Shown here in pieces: positions 22,648 to 33,842 of a stretch of 64,000 bases of DNA; position 1 is the first letter of the stretch; each line of letters opens with the position of its first letter. The translations under genes and the position numbers were made by a program. The stretch comes from Malacoraja senta. Lineage: Eukaryota. Location of the stretch: contig CM075997.1 in the NCBI GenBank assembly GCA_038087875.1, positions 8,186,001 to 8,250,000 on the forward strand, read 5' to 3'. The notes beneath the pieces were generated by a model that was not told the DNA's origin, did no database searches, and was given only the letters and a program-made list of their open reading frames with translations.

Positions 22648-25600
22648 GGTCGTTACAGTTTTCAGGCTCCTCCACCTTCTTCCCCCATGGATAAGGTGAA
22701 ATGAGCGTGTGGACAGGATGGTGTGGGTCTTTGATGATGTTGGCCGCCTATTTGAGGAAGCAACTTCGATAGATCCTTTTCGATGGTGTCAAGGTCAGCG
22801 CCGGTAATGGACTGGGCAGTGGTCATGACGTTTTGTAGTCTATTCCGCTTCTGGACGTTCAAGTGATCGAAACAAGCCACGATGCAACCAGTCAGTATGC
22901 TCTCTACTGTGTACCTGTCGAAGTTCAAGAGAATCCTCCTTGACATACCGACTCTCCGTAAACTTCTCAGAATGTAGAGTCGCTGATGTGCCTTCTTTAT
23001 GATTGCATCAGATTGCTGGGAACAGGAAAGTTCTTCAGATATAAGCATGCCCAAGAATATAAAGTTTTTGACCCTCTCCACCACCGTCCCATTGATATAA
23101 AAAGGGTTATGGGTCCTCATCCTTCCCCTTACAAAGTCCACAATCAGTTACTTGTTTTTACTAGTGTTGAGAGCTAGGTTGTGGTACCGGCACCATTTGG
23201 TCAATCGATCGATCACACTTCTTACTCTGACTCATCACCATCTGTAAATCGTCCAACAACAGTGGTGTCGTCGACGAACTTGATGATAGAGTTCGCCCTA
23301 TGTCCGGCTACACAGTCATAAGTATAGAGTGAGTAAAGCAGGGTTATAGCACGCAGCCTTGAGGTGCTCCCGTACTGATTGCTACTGGGGATGAGGTATT
23401 TCCGCCAATTCGGACCGACTGTGGTCTATCGATGAGGAAGACGAGGATCAATAGAAACATAGAAACATAGAAAATAGGTGCAGGAGGCCATTCGGCCCTT
23501 CGAGCCAGCACCGCCATTCATTGTGATCATAGCTGATCGTCCCCTATCAATAATCCGTGCCTGCCTTCTCCCCATATCCCTTGACCCCACTAGCCCCTAG
23601 AGCTCTATCTAACTCTCTCTTAAATCCATCCAGTGATTTGGCCTCCATGCCCTCTGTGGCAGGGAATTCCATAAATTCACAACACTCTGGGTGAAAAAGT
23701 TGTTTCTCACCTCAGTCTTAAATGACCTCCCCTTTATTCTAAGACTGTGGCCCCTGGTTCTGGACTCGCCCAACTTTGGGAATATTTTTCCTGCATTGCA
23801 GAGGGATACCCAGTTCAGTGAGCATGGGAACCAACTTTGAGGGGATGATGGTATTGAACTCCGAGCTGTAGTCTATAAACAACAACCGGTCGTACGTGTT
23901 TTTATTGTCCAAGTGGTCTAATGCGGAGTGGAGAGCTAGTGTGATCCTCCCTTGACCTGTTGTGGCGGTATGCGAACTGTGGTAGGTCGAGGTTCTTGTC
24001 AAGGAAGGATTTGATATGCGCCATAACCAACCTCTCAAAGCATTTCATCCCCACCGACGTTATTGCCACAGGTTGGTAGTCGTTGAAGCACGTCACCTTA
24101 CTCTTGTTGGACACCGGTATTATTGATGCCGTCTTAAAGCAGGTGGAGACTTCAGACCTCAGAAGTGAGAGTTTCAAAATGTCTGCAAAAACTCCAACCA
24201 GTTGGTCTGCAGATATTCTGAGAACTCCACCTGGTATACCATCAGATCCACGCGCTTTCCAAGGATTCACTTCCCTGAAGGATCTTCTGACGTCGGCCTC
24301 TGTGACTGTGACTGTAGTACCATCAGGGCGAATAGGGGCTCGGGAAGGCAAATCAGTATTCTCCCGAAAAAAGCGTGCGCGTCAGGGAGTGATGCTTCGC
24401 TGTCGTTTGAGCTGCGTCCCGATTTCGCCTTGTAGGAGGTGATGGCATTAGAGCCCTGCCACAGTTGCTTGACATCCTCTAGCTTAGAGCAGAGGTCCTT
24501 TTTGGCCTTTTTGATGGCCATGCCAAGGTCGTATCTGTAATTATTTTCAGATACGACCTCTGTGTCGTCAGACCTGAATGCCCTAAATGTGGTCTTCAGA
24601 AGAATGCGGATCTTATGGTTAGGAAACACTCGGAAGGTTTTTTTGGAACGCAGTCCTCCACAAATGTCCTTATGAAGTCTGTAAAGATGGGCGAATTCAT
24701 TCAGGTCCGTGGCCGAGTACTTGAACATTACCCAGTCTACAGAATCCAAGCAGACATGCAGTTCCTCCTCTGCCTCCCCCGACCAGGTCTGTACTGTCCT
24801 CATCTCTGGGGGTGCGCTCTTCAGTCACTGCCCGTATGCAGGAAGAAGAAGCACCGCTGAATGGTCGGATTTTCCGAAGTGATGGCGTGGATAGAGCGAC
24901 AGGCTCATTGTCATATAGCAGTGGCCGAGGGTGTTTGATCCTCTGCTGCTGCAGGAGACATGTTGATGAAAGTTTGGGAGTATTGTTCTCAGGTTCTCTC
25001 TGTTGAAGTCCTCGGCTATGGGGTTAAACGCCTCGGGGTAAGCTGTCCGATGCCTTTTGACCACGGCGTGCAGTTGTTCCAGTGCCAGACAGACGTCTGC
25101 CTGCGGTGGGATGTAGACCGCGCTCAGAGTGATGGAGGTGAATTTCCTCGGTAGATAGAAGGGGCGACACTTCAACGCCAGATGTTCGAGGTGCGGAGAG
25201 CAGGAGTTGGACAAAACAGCCACGTCTGAGCACCACGCAGAGTTGGCCATGAGGCAGACGCCCCTCCTCTCGCTTTCCCAGATGCCAGTATACGGTCCAT
25301 GCGATGGATGGAGAAAACTTCAGGCCGGACAGCGGAATCTGGTGAGCTGGGTGTTAGCCGTGTCTCTGTGAAACAGAACACATAGCATTCCCTCAGTTCC
25401 GTTTGGTAAAGCGGCCTTGGCCTTAACTCCTCCACTTTGTTTTCTAGAGATTGTACGTTGGCTAGTAGGATGGTAGGGAGATGGGTTCGAAGTCCCTTGC
25501 GCTTCAGTCTGACATGAAGTACTGCCCGACGGTCATGTTTCCGGACATCATGAAGCCCCCTCGGTCTTTCCGGGTACTGTACTCTATCTGCTGTTTCTGC

Positions 25601-25980
25601 GAGCCTGCGCTGGTACGGGGATTCCCTTACAGTCGACAGCTGCAGCTCCGTTGCGATCGGCGGACTTCCTCCCAGTCGGCAGCTCCAGTTCCGTTGCTGC
25701 TGGGAGATCCTGCCGTCGGCCCCGAAGGTCTCCAGTTTTCCAGGTATAGTACTCAGCTGGGACGGGTATTCTCCAGCGATAGAGGGATCGCTAACAGTCG
25801 GCAACTTCTGCAGCTGCGGGACATCGCGATATCGCCAGTGCCTTTAAATGGACTAGTAGCTTGTCCGTTACAGCGCTGGTTTCTGCCGTTTCTTTAATCC
25901 ATGTGAACTGTGAAAAACTGTATCTGATTCTGTTCTGTTGCGCTGTTGTCAAAATGTCGCCACAGGCAGGCGCCATCTTC
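22648..25980 (-). mobile_element. Rex1/Babar-clade LINE, near full-length and decayed; 5' end at ~25980
   Basis: [71 protein letters not shown] spread over frameshifted ORFs. Confidence 0.85.
23451..23796 (-). mobile_element. Short CR1 3' fragment inserted in Rex1
   Basis: (atagaaac)n tail at 23451-23475 followed by CR1 3' sequence; Rex1 sequence resumes at ~23797. Confidence 0.9.
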
Positions 25981-27159
25981 AGTGGTGCTTAAAGTTCAAG
26001 TCCGGGCTCTGGCTGGGCCACTCAAGGACATTCACAGACTTGTCATGAAGCCACTCTTGCGTTGTTTTGGCTGGGTGCTTAAGGTCGTTGTCCTATTGGA
26101 AGGTGAACCTCCGCCCCATTCTGAGGTCCTGAATGCTCTGGAGCAGGTTTTCTTCAAGGATCTCTCTGTACTTTGCTATGTTGACCTTTCCCTCGATCCT
26201 GACTAGTCTCCCAGTTTCTGCCGCTGAAAAACATCCCCACAGCATGATTCTGCCACCACCATGCTTCACCATAGATGTGGTATTGGGCAGGTGATGACGG
26301 TGCCTGGTTTGCTCCAGACGTGACACTTGACATTCAGGCCAAAGAGTTCAATCTTGGTTTCATCAGTTCAGAAAATCGTGTTTAGATGCCTGTTGGCAAA
26401 CTCCCAGCGGGCTGCCATGTGCCTTTTACTGAGGAGTGGCTTCCGTTTGGCCACTGTACCATAAAGGCCTGATTGATGGAGTGCTGCAGATATAGTTGTC
26501 CTTCTGGAAGATTCTCTCATCTCCACAGAGGAAATCTGGAGCTCTGTCAGAGTGACCACCGGGTTCTTGGTCACCTCCGTGACCGAGAACCTTCACCCCT
26601 GATTGCTCAGTTTGGCCAGGCGGCCAGCTCTATCAAGAGTTCTGGTGGTTCCAAAGTTCTTCATTGAAGAATGACGGAGGCCACTGTGCTCTTCGGGACG
26701 TTCAATGATGCAGAAATTGTTTTATACCCTTCCCCAGATCTGTGTCTCGATACAATCCTGTTTCGGAGGTCTGCGGACAATTCCTTCGCCTTCATGGCGT
26801 GGTTTCTGCTCAGACATGCACTGTCAACTGCAGGACCTTGTTTAGACCGGTGTGTGCCTTTCCAAGTCATGTGCAATCAATTTGATTTACCACTTGTGGA
26901 CTCCAATCAAGTTTTTGAAACATCTCAAGGATAATCAACCGAAGCTAAATTTTGAGTGTCATAGCAAAGGGTCTGAATACTTATGTAAATATGATATTTC
27001 AGATATTTCTTTTTAATTTCTAAACACCCGTTTTCGCTTTTATATTATGAGATATTGTGTAGATTGATGATAAAAAAAATGAATTTGATCAATTACAGAA
27101 TAAGGCTGCAACTTAAAATATGGAAAAGGGAAGAGTCTGAATAATATCTGAATGCACTG
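25981..27159 (-). mobile_element. Tc1/mariner DNA transposon remnant (IR/DR type): 5' TIR plus broken transposase
   Basis: MKAKELSADLRNRIVSRHRSGEGYKTISASLNVPKSTVASVI; KNPVVTLTELQ...AKRKPLL; VKHGGGRIMLWGCFSA. Terminus ...gcactg|ta (CAGTG on the minus strand, TA at 27160-61). Direct repeats gtctgaata at ~26971 and ~27135. The 3' part is cut off by the Rex1 insertion. Confidence 0.9.
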
Positions 27160-27356
27160 TATCTACATTCCTACGGCTTAGGCCGCTGAACACATTATCG
27201 GTCGTAATTAGGACTGTCCTCGCAACCAGATATTTCCATTCGGTGAAGAGTTTCTCCCCATAGTTTCTCCAATGGTAATGCAGTGAAAATGGATCAACAA
27301 TTTGTTCAATTCCCAGATCTGAGGGAATGAGCACCGCTACAGGGTCTGTCACCGCG

Positions 27357-27963
27357 TGCAGTTGTATAGGGCTCTGGTTGCAGTTGTATAGGGCTCTGGT
27401 GAGACCACATCTGGAGTATTGTGTACAGTTTTCGTCTCCTAATTTGAGGAAGGACATCCTTGTGATTGAGGCAGTGCAGCGTAGGTTCAGGAGATTGATC
27501 CCTGGGATGGCGGGACTTTCATATTAGGAAAGATTGAAAAGACAAGGCTTGTATTCACTGGAGTTTAGAAGAATGATGGGGGATCTTATAGAAACATATA
27601 ACATTATAAAAGGACTGGACAAGCTAGATAGAGGAAAACATTTCCCAATGTTGGGCGAGTCCAGAACAAGGGCCACAGTCTTAGAGTAAAGGGGAGGTAA
27701 TTTAAGACTGAGGTGAGAAAAAAACGTTTTCACCCAGAGAGTTGTGAATTTAAGGAATTCCATGCCACAGAGGGCAGCGGAGGCCAAATCACTGGATGGA
27801 TTTATGTGAGAGTTAGATAGAGCTCTAGGGGTTAGGGGAGTCAAGGGATATGGGTAGAAGGCAGGCACGGGTTATTGATAGGGGACGATCAGCCATGATC
27901 TGAATGAATGACGGTTCTGGCTCGAAGGGCCGAATGACCTCCTCCTGCACCTATTTTCTATGT
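27357..27963 (+). mobile_element. 5'-truncated CR1 3' fragment
   Basis: [18 protein letters not shown]; ends cctattttctatg. Confidence 0.9.
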
Positions 27964-29560
27964 GCGGGAGGTAGCGCTGGAGATGGACGTCCGTAGGATG
28001 TTCGGGGCAATGAGAGCATAATAGACATAAGTAAAGGTGAGTTGGTGACACCATAGGTGCAGGGTGAAATCAGATGGGTGATCACGGTAAAGGGTGCATG
28101 CGGTAATCCTATGTCGTGATTATCATTATAAAACGGCTATACTATTTTTGATACTGTTGCGAGGATGACTGCACAGCGCAAGAGCAGCAGCTCTCAGGTC
28201 TGTTTCACCGGATCACGCTTCGACTGGCGGCGGGGTAGAGAATCATCAAAACAGAGCGACTGTGAGAAGAGAATCCTTTGTTTTGGGGATGGACAAGAAA
28301 TTCCGTAACCGTAAATGAGACTCAAGGATGGTGCGTTAATTCCCTGGTACCGGGGTTCAGGTTGTCTCGGAACAGCCGCCGAACACTATTTATGGCGACG
28401 GGGGAGCATCGTGAAATCGTTGTGCACGTTGGTACCAATGAGATAGGAACGCTAATGACGTCGGCCAGGGTAAATGCAGGAAGTCAAACAAAAACGTTTA
28501 AAACTGAGAACCTGGGTTGAAAAGTTGAAAACTGGGAAAAGTTGATAATCACCGGACTAACTCATTTTATACGTGTTAGTGAGGGTGGGAAGTGGTGCAA
28601 TGGACGGAGGAATTAGTGGCTGTGCAGTTGGTGTTGGGGCAGGTATTCAGATGTTTAGACCATCAGAATATCTTTGGACCTTTGGGACCAATGGGAATAG
28701 GCCGAATTGATATGTGCAAGCAGGACATGTTGACCCAGAACTAGAGTGTGCGCTGACCAATATACTTGCCGGAGGACAGCTCCATCTTCTCGGAAAGATT
28801 TATGGTAGAGTGGCAAGGATTGGGAGGTAGATGGTATAACCAATGACACCAAAAGGAGGGAAAGATGGGAAGAGGTTATAGAGCGTCATGAAACTGATGG
28901 GCTGAGGTGTGCTTATGGATAAACATATGTAGATCCTGGAATGGTATTTGGAATTAGGATGTTACGGCCATTAAGGAGATTAGGTTTTGAGAGGTTCAGT
29001 GCTAATGCCCCTGTCCCACTTAGGAAACCTGAACAGAAACCTCTGGAGAATTTGCGTCCCACCGAAGGTTTCCGCGCGGTTCCCGGAGGTTCCCAGAGGT
29101 TTTTGTCAGTCTCCCTAATGGTCGAAAGTGGTTTCCGCTTCTTCTATGTTCCGGCGATTATTCCAAAAAATTCAAAACCGGCCGCGACTAAAAATAGGTT
29201 GCCGTTTTAAAAATCGGTATTTTTTTAATCGAAGCCGGTTACGATGCTAGTTGAAGGTGGTTGCCGGAGGTTGCCGGAGGTTGCAGGTAGTGGAAGGTAA
29301 GACCTTTTTTTCACCCAGCTTTATTCCACCAGTGAGGTCTTACCGAGGGAATGTGAATAATGCTAAAAAATAAGCAAAGTTATATCACTCTAATGGGATT
29401 ACACTATATGCTTCTCAATGACCAGGAGGAGATAAGGGAACAGCTAGGTATCCCGCAGGCCGTCACACAAACCATATTGCGTTCTATTCGTAATAAACCC
29501 AACGCAATAAGGTGGGCATTGAGATTGCTCTGGGAACCACTATAGGAAAGATGAGAGGAA
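27964..29560 (+). mobile_element. Old CR1 5' region (ORF1 SGNH esterase, start of APE)
   Basis: EIVVHVGTNEIG (SGNH GxND-like block) in ORF 28278-28520; otherwise heavily decayed. Confidence 0.6.
29007..29350. mobile_element. Probable non-autonomous DNA transposon (Harbinger-like MITE) fragment
   Basis: Starts gcccctgtcccact, has internal ggttgccgga/ggttcccgga repeats and a composition unlike the CR1 host. No matching right TIR was found. Family recognised from memory. Confidence 0.4.
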
Positions 29561-30048
29561 CAGTGAAACGAACATAAGATGATAAGAGTAGAATTAGGCC
29601 ATACGGCCCATCCAGTCTACTCCGCCATTCAATCATGGCTGATCTATCTCTTCGCCCTAACCCCATTCTGCTGCATTCTCCCCGTAACCTCTGATACCCG
29701 TACTGATCTAGAATATAAGATTTCTTCTGTACTGAATCGAAATACGGTTCTATGAAACGAAAAATACGACTAGGTCGTAGATCACAGAGCAGTAACGGTT
29801 AAGAAATGGAATGTACACCAGCCTCAACGTTATTCAACTTTGCCTTTTGAAGTGAAGAGTATGTGTTTATTGACTCAGATTCCTTGAAGCATCATCATAA
29901 CGAAATGATGCAGGATGAAGGTCGTGCACGGAGGGTGAAATGGCCAAGGCAGAACTAAGCCGCTCCACATTACCATTAATTCCCCTCATTAATACTGAAT
30001 ATATTCGACGTGGCATTTGTATTACCAATAATTACTTTCCTCTTTTAG

Positions 30049-30081
30049 TGGCTTATATGATTCAGCGAAGCGCATCCCAAG
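30049..30081 (+). other. Candidate 33-nt microexon
   Basis: tttcctcttttag|TGGCTTATATGATTCAGCGAAGCGCATCCCAAG|gttagt, in a non-repeat island; length is a multiple of 3. Confidence 0.3.
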
Positions 30082-30159
30082 GTTAGTACTCATTCTTCCA
30101 TGCAGCATATCGATAAGCAGTGTTTAAAGACTGATCATGAAATGCAAGTTATTTTATTT

Positions 30160-31897
30160 ATAACCATATAACCATATCACAATTACAGCACGGTAACAGG
30201 CCATCTCTGCCCTTTTAGTCCGTACCGAACACTTCTTCTCTCCTAGTCCCATCTACCTGCACTCAGACCATAGCCCTCCATTCCTTTCCCGTCCATATAC
30301 CTATCCAATTTATATTTAAATGATAAAATCGAACGTGCCTCCACCATTTCCACTGGAAGCTCATTCCACATAGCTACCTCTCTCTGAGTAAAGAAGTTCC
30401 CCCTCATGTTACCCCTAAACTTCTGTCCCTTGATTCTCAAATCATAGTCCTCTTGTTTGAATCTTCCCTACTCACAATGGAAAAAGCTTATCCACGTCAA
30501 CTCTGTCTACCCCTCTCATCAGTATAAAGACCTCTACCAAGTCCCCCCTTAACCTTCTGCGCTCCAAAGAATAAAGACCTAACTTATTCAACCTTTCTCT
30601 GTGATTTAGTTGCTGAAGCATTCTAGTAAATCTCCTCTGTACTCTCTCTATTTTGTTGACATCTTTCCTATAATTTGGCGACCACAATTGTACACCATAC
30701 TCCAGAATTGGCCTCACCAATGCCTTGTACAATTTTAACATTACATCCCAACTTCTATACTCAATGCTCTGATCTATAAAGGCCAGCACACCAAAAGCTT
30801 TCTTTACCACCCTATCTACATGAGATTCCACCTTCAGGGAACTATGCACAGTTATTCCTAGATCCCTCTGTTCAACTGCATTCCTCAATTTGCTACAATT
30901 TACCTTGTATGTCCTATTTTGATTTGTCCTGCCAAGATGTAGCACCTCACACTTTTCAGCATTAAACTCCATCTGCCATCTTTCAGCCCACTCTTCCAAA
31001 TGGCCTAAATCTCTCTGTAGACTTTGAAAATCTACTTCATTAGACACAACACCACCTATCTTAGTATCATCTGCATACTTACTAATCCAATTTACCACAC
31101 CATCATCCAGATCATTGATGTATATGACAAACAACAGTGGACCCAACACAGATCCCTGAGGCACCCCACTAGTCACCGGCCTCCAACCTGATAAACAGCC
31201 ATCCACCATTACTCTATGGCATCTCCCATTCAGGCACTGTTGTATCAATCTTGCTACACCATTAATACCCGACAATTGAACCTTCTTAGCAAACCTTCCA
31301 TGTGGAACCTTGTCAAAGGCCTTACTGCAGTCCATATAGACAACATCCATCGCTTTATCCTCATCAATTTCCCTAGTACCATCTTCCAAAAATTCAAGAA
31401 AGTTAGTCAAACATGACCTTCCAGGCACAAATCCTTGTTGACTGTTCCTAATCAGACCCTGTTTATCCAGATGCTTATATATATTATCTCTAAGTATCCT
31501 TTCCATTAATTTGCCCACCACTGACGTCAAACTAACAGGTCTATAATTGCTAGGTTTACCCTTAGAACCCTTTTTAAACAATGGAAAAACATGCGCAGTA
31601 CACCAATCCTCCGGCACCATTCCCGTTTCTAATGACATTTGAAATATTTCTGTCATAGCCCCTGCTATTACTACACTAATTTCCCTCAATATCCCAGGGA
31701 ATATCCTGTCAGGACCTGGAGACTTATCCACTTTTATATTTTTCAAAAGTGTCAGTACTTCCTCTTCTTTGAATCTCATAGTTTCCATAGCTACTCTACT
31801 TGTTTCCCTTATCTCACACAATTCAATATTCTTCTCCTTGATGAATACCGAAGAAAATAAATTGATCAATAATACCGAAGAAAAGAAATTGTTCAAT
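30160..31897 (-). mobile_element. 5'-truncated CR1 (subfamily with ATATGGTT tail) with a 474-codon open RT segment at 30472-31896
   Basis: [39 protein letters not shown]; tail aaccatat repeats at 30162-30177. Confidence 0.9.
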
Positions 31898-32120
31898 ATT
31901 TGATGAATGTATTCCTGTTTGTTGCGATCATTTTATTGTGACCTAAGGCTCGGCGGCAATTCTTTCTTGACTGCAGTCTTATTAAGCGAACAGAGTGCTG
32001 GGACGCCAGTGGTTTGCAACGCTAACACCCCTTCTTCCCGATGTGTCCGAATTGTTTAGTTAGCGCCTCCGAGCAAACCCACATGTCAGAATTTAGCTGG
32101 AATATTTGAAGTATTGCTTT

Positions 32121-32560
32121 CATAGAAACATAGAAACATAGAAAATAAGTGCAGGAGGAGGCAATTCGGCCCTTAGAGCCAGCACCGCCATTCATTGTGA
32201 TCATGGCTGATCGTCCCCAATCAATAACTCGTGCCTGCCTTCTCCCATATTCCTTGATTCCACTAGCCCATAGAGCTCTATCTAACTCTCTCTTAAATCC
32301 ATCCAGTGATTTGGCCTCCATTGCCCTCTGTGGCAGGGTATTCCACAAATTCACAACTCTCTGGGTGAAAACTTTTTTTTCTCACCTCAGTCTTAAATGG
32401 CATCATCTTTATTCTAAATCTGTGGCCCCTGGTTCTGGACTCGCCCAACATTGGGAACATTTTTCCTGCATCTAGCTTGTCCAGTCGTTTTACAATTTTA
32501 TATGTTTCTATAAAATCCCCCCTCATCCTTCTAAACTCCAGTGAATACAAGCCTAGTCTT
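32121..32560 (-). mobile_element. CR1 3' fragment
   Basis: (catagaaa)n tail; YSLEFRRMRGDFIETYKI. Confidence 0.9.
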
Positions 32561-33547
32561 CCAAAAGTTCAACTTCCACATTTAGTGGCATGCCCTCCAG
32601 GGATTATATCTGAATCTAGTGCAGATTAACTGGATTTACCAAGGTCGTACGGCCTTACCAAGGACGTGCAGACGGCATGGGAATTCCCGATCTCAAGGGA
32701 TTCCCAGGCCTCGCGGAGACCCGTTAGTACTGTACCTGTAAACAGCGAGGGGGGCTCCATGGAGTACGGAAACGTGGCCGTCGGGCAGGATTACAGTTCA
32801 CACTGAAGCAGAGGGGACGTCGGCCCCCCTCTCCCTACTATCCTACTGGCCAACGTACAGTCACTAAAATATAAAGTGGTGGACCTAAGGGCAAGACTGC
32901 ATTATCAAAGGGAGCTGAGGGAATGCTCTGTGTTCTGTTTCACAGAGACATGGCTCACCCCCAGCTCCCCACACTCAGCGGTCCAGCCTGAAGAGTTCTC
33001 TATCCACTGTATGGACCGTACGCAGGCATCTGGGAAAGGGAGAGAAGGGGGCGTCTACCTCACGGTCAACTCTGCGTGGTGCTCAGACCTGGCAGGCCTG
33101 TCCAACTCCTGCTCTCCACACCTCGAACATCTGGCGGTGACGTGCCGCCCCTTCTACCAGGGACTTCAACAAGCAAACCTCAAGAAATCGCTCCCTAACT
33201 TCCACCAACACGTCTCCTGCTGCATCTGAGGACCAAACACCCTCGACCACTGCTACACCACCAGCAAGGATGCCTATCGCTTTATCCCTCGCCCTCACTT
33301 CGGTAAATCCGACCACACCGCGGTGCTGCTTCTTACTGCCTACAGGCAGGAATTGAATAGCGCACCCCCAGAGGTGAGGACTGTACAGAGCAGGTCGGGG
33401 TGTGGGGGGGGGGGGGGCAGAGGAACAACTCCAGGACTGATTGGAGTCTGTAGACTGGGCAATGTTCAGGGACTCGGCCACGGACCTGAACGAATAGGCC
33501 ACAGTCGTTACAGACATCAAAAAGAAATGTGTGGAGGACTACATCCC

Positions 33548-33751
33548 TGTAAAGGATTGATAACGAGGCATCGTTACTTTACTATCTTTATTCATACTGG
33601 ATCATTATACATTGCACTAGCTGTACGTGGTCTGTCACAGGAACTAGAGAGCGATCTGTGGGTGTGGAGGTTGTAGTTATACTTGTGATATGGGGAGTGG
33701 TTAGTGGGTGTGAGGTCACTATGTTAAAGGCACATGCATATCTCATCTACA
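33548..33751 (-). repeat. 3' LTR
   Basis: tgtaaaggattg...tctcatctaca, adjacent to the PPT. Confidence 0.95.
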
Positions 33752-33842
33752 TCCTTCCTCTCCGAAACGACAGGCAAATACAAAGGTGACATGGCGACCA
33801 CGGCTCATGCGCTAGGATAGCTAGGTAACATCGCCATAGCGG

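Noticed and set aside
22283..22704. ORFs containing X runs
   Set aside because: Artefacts of translating across the N gap.
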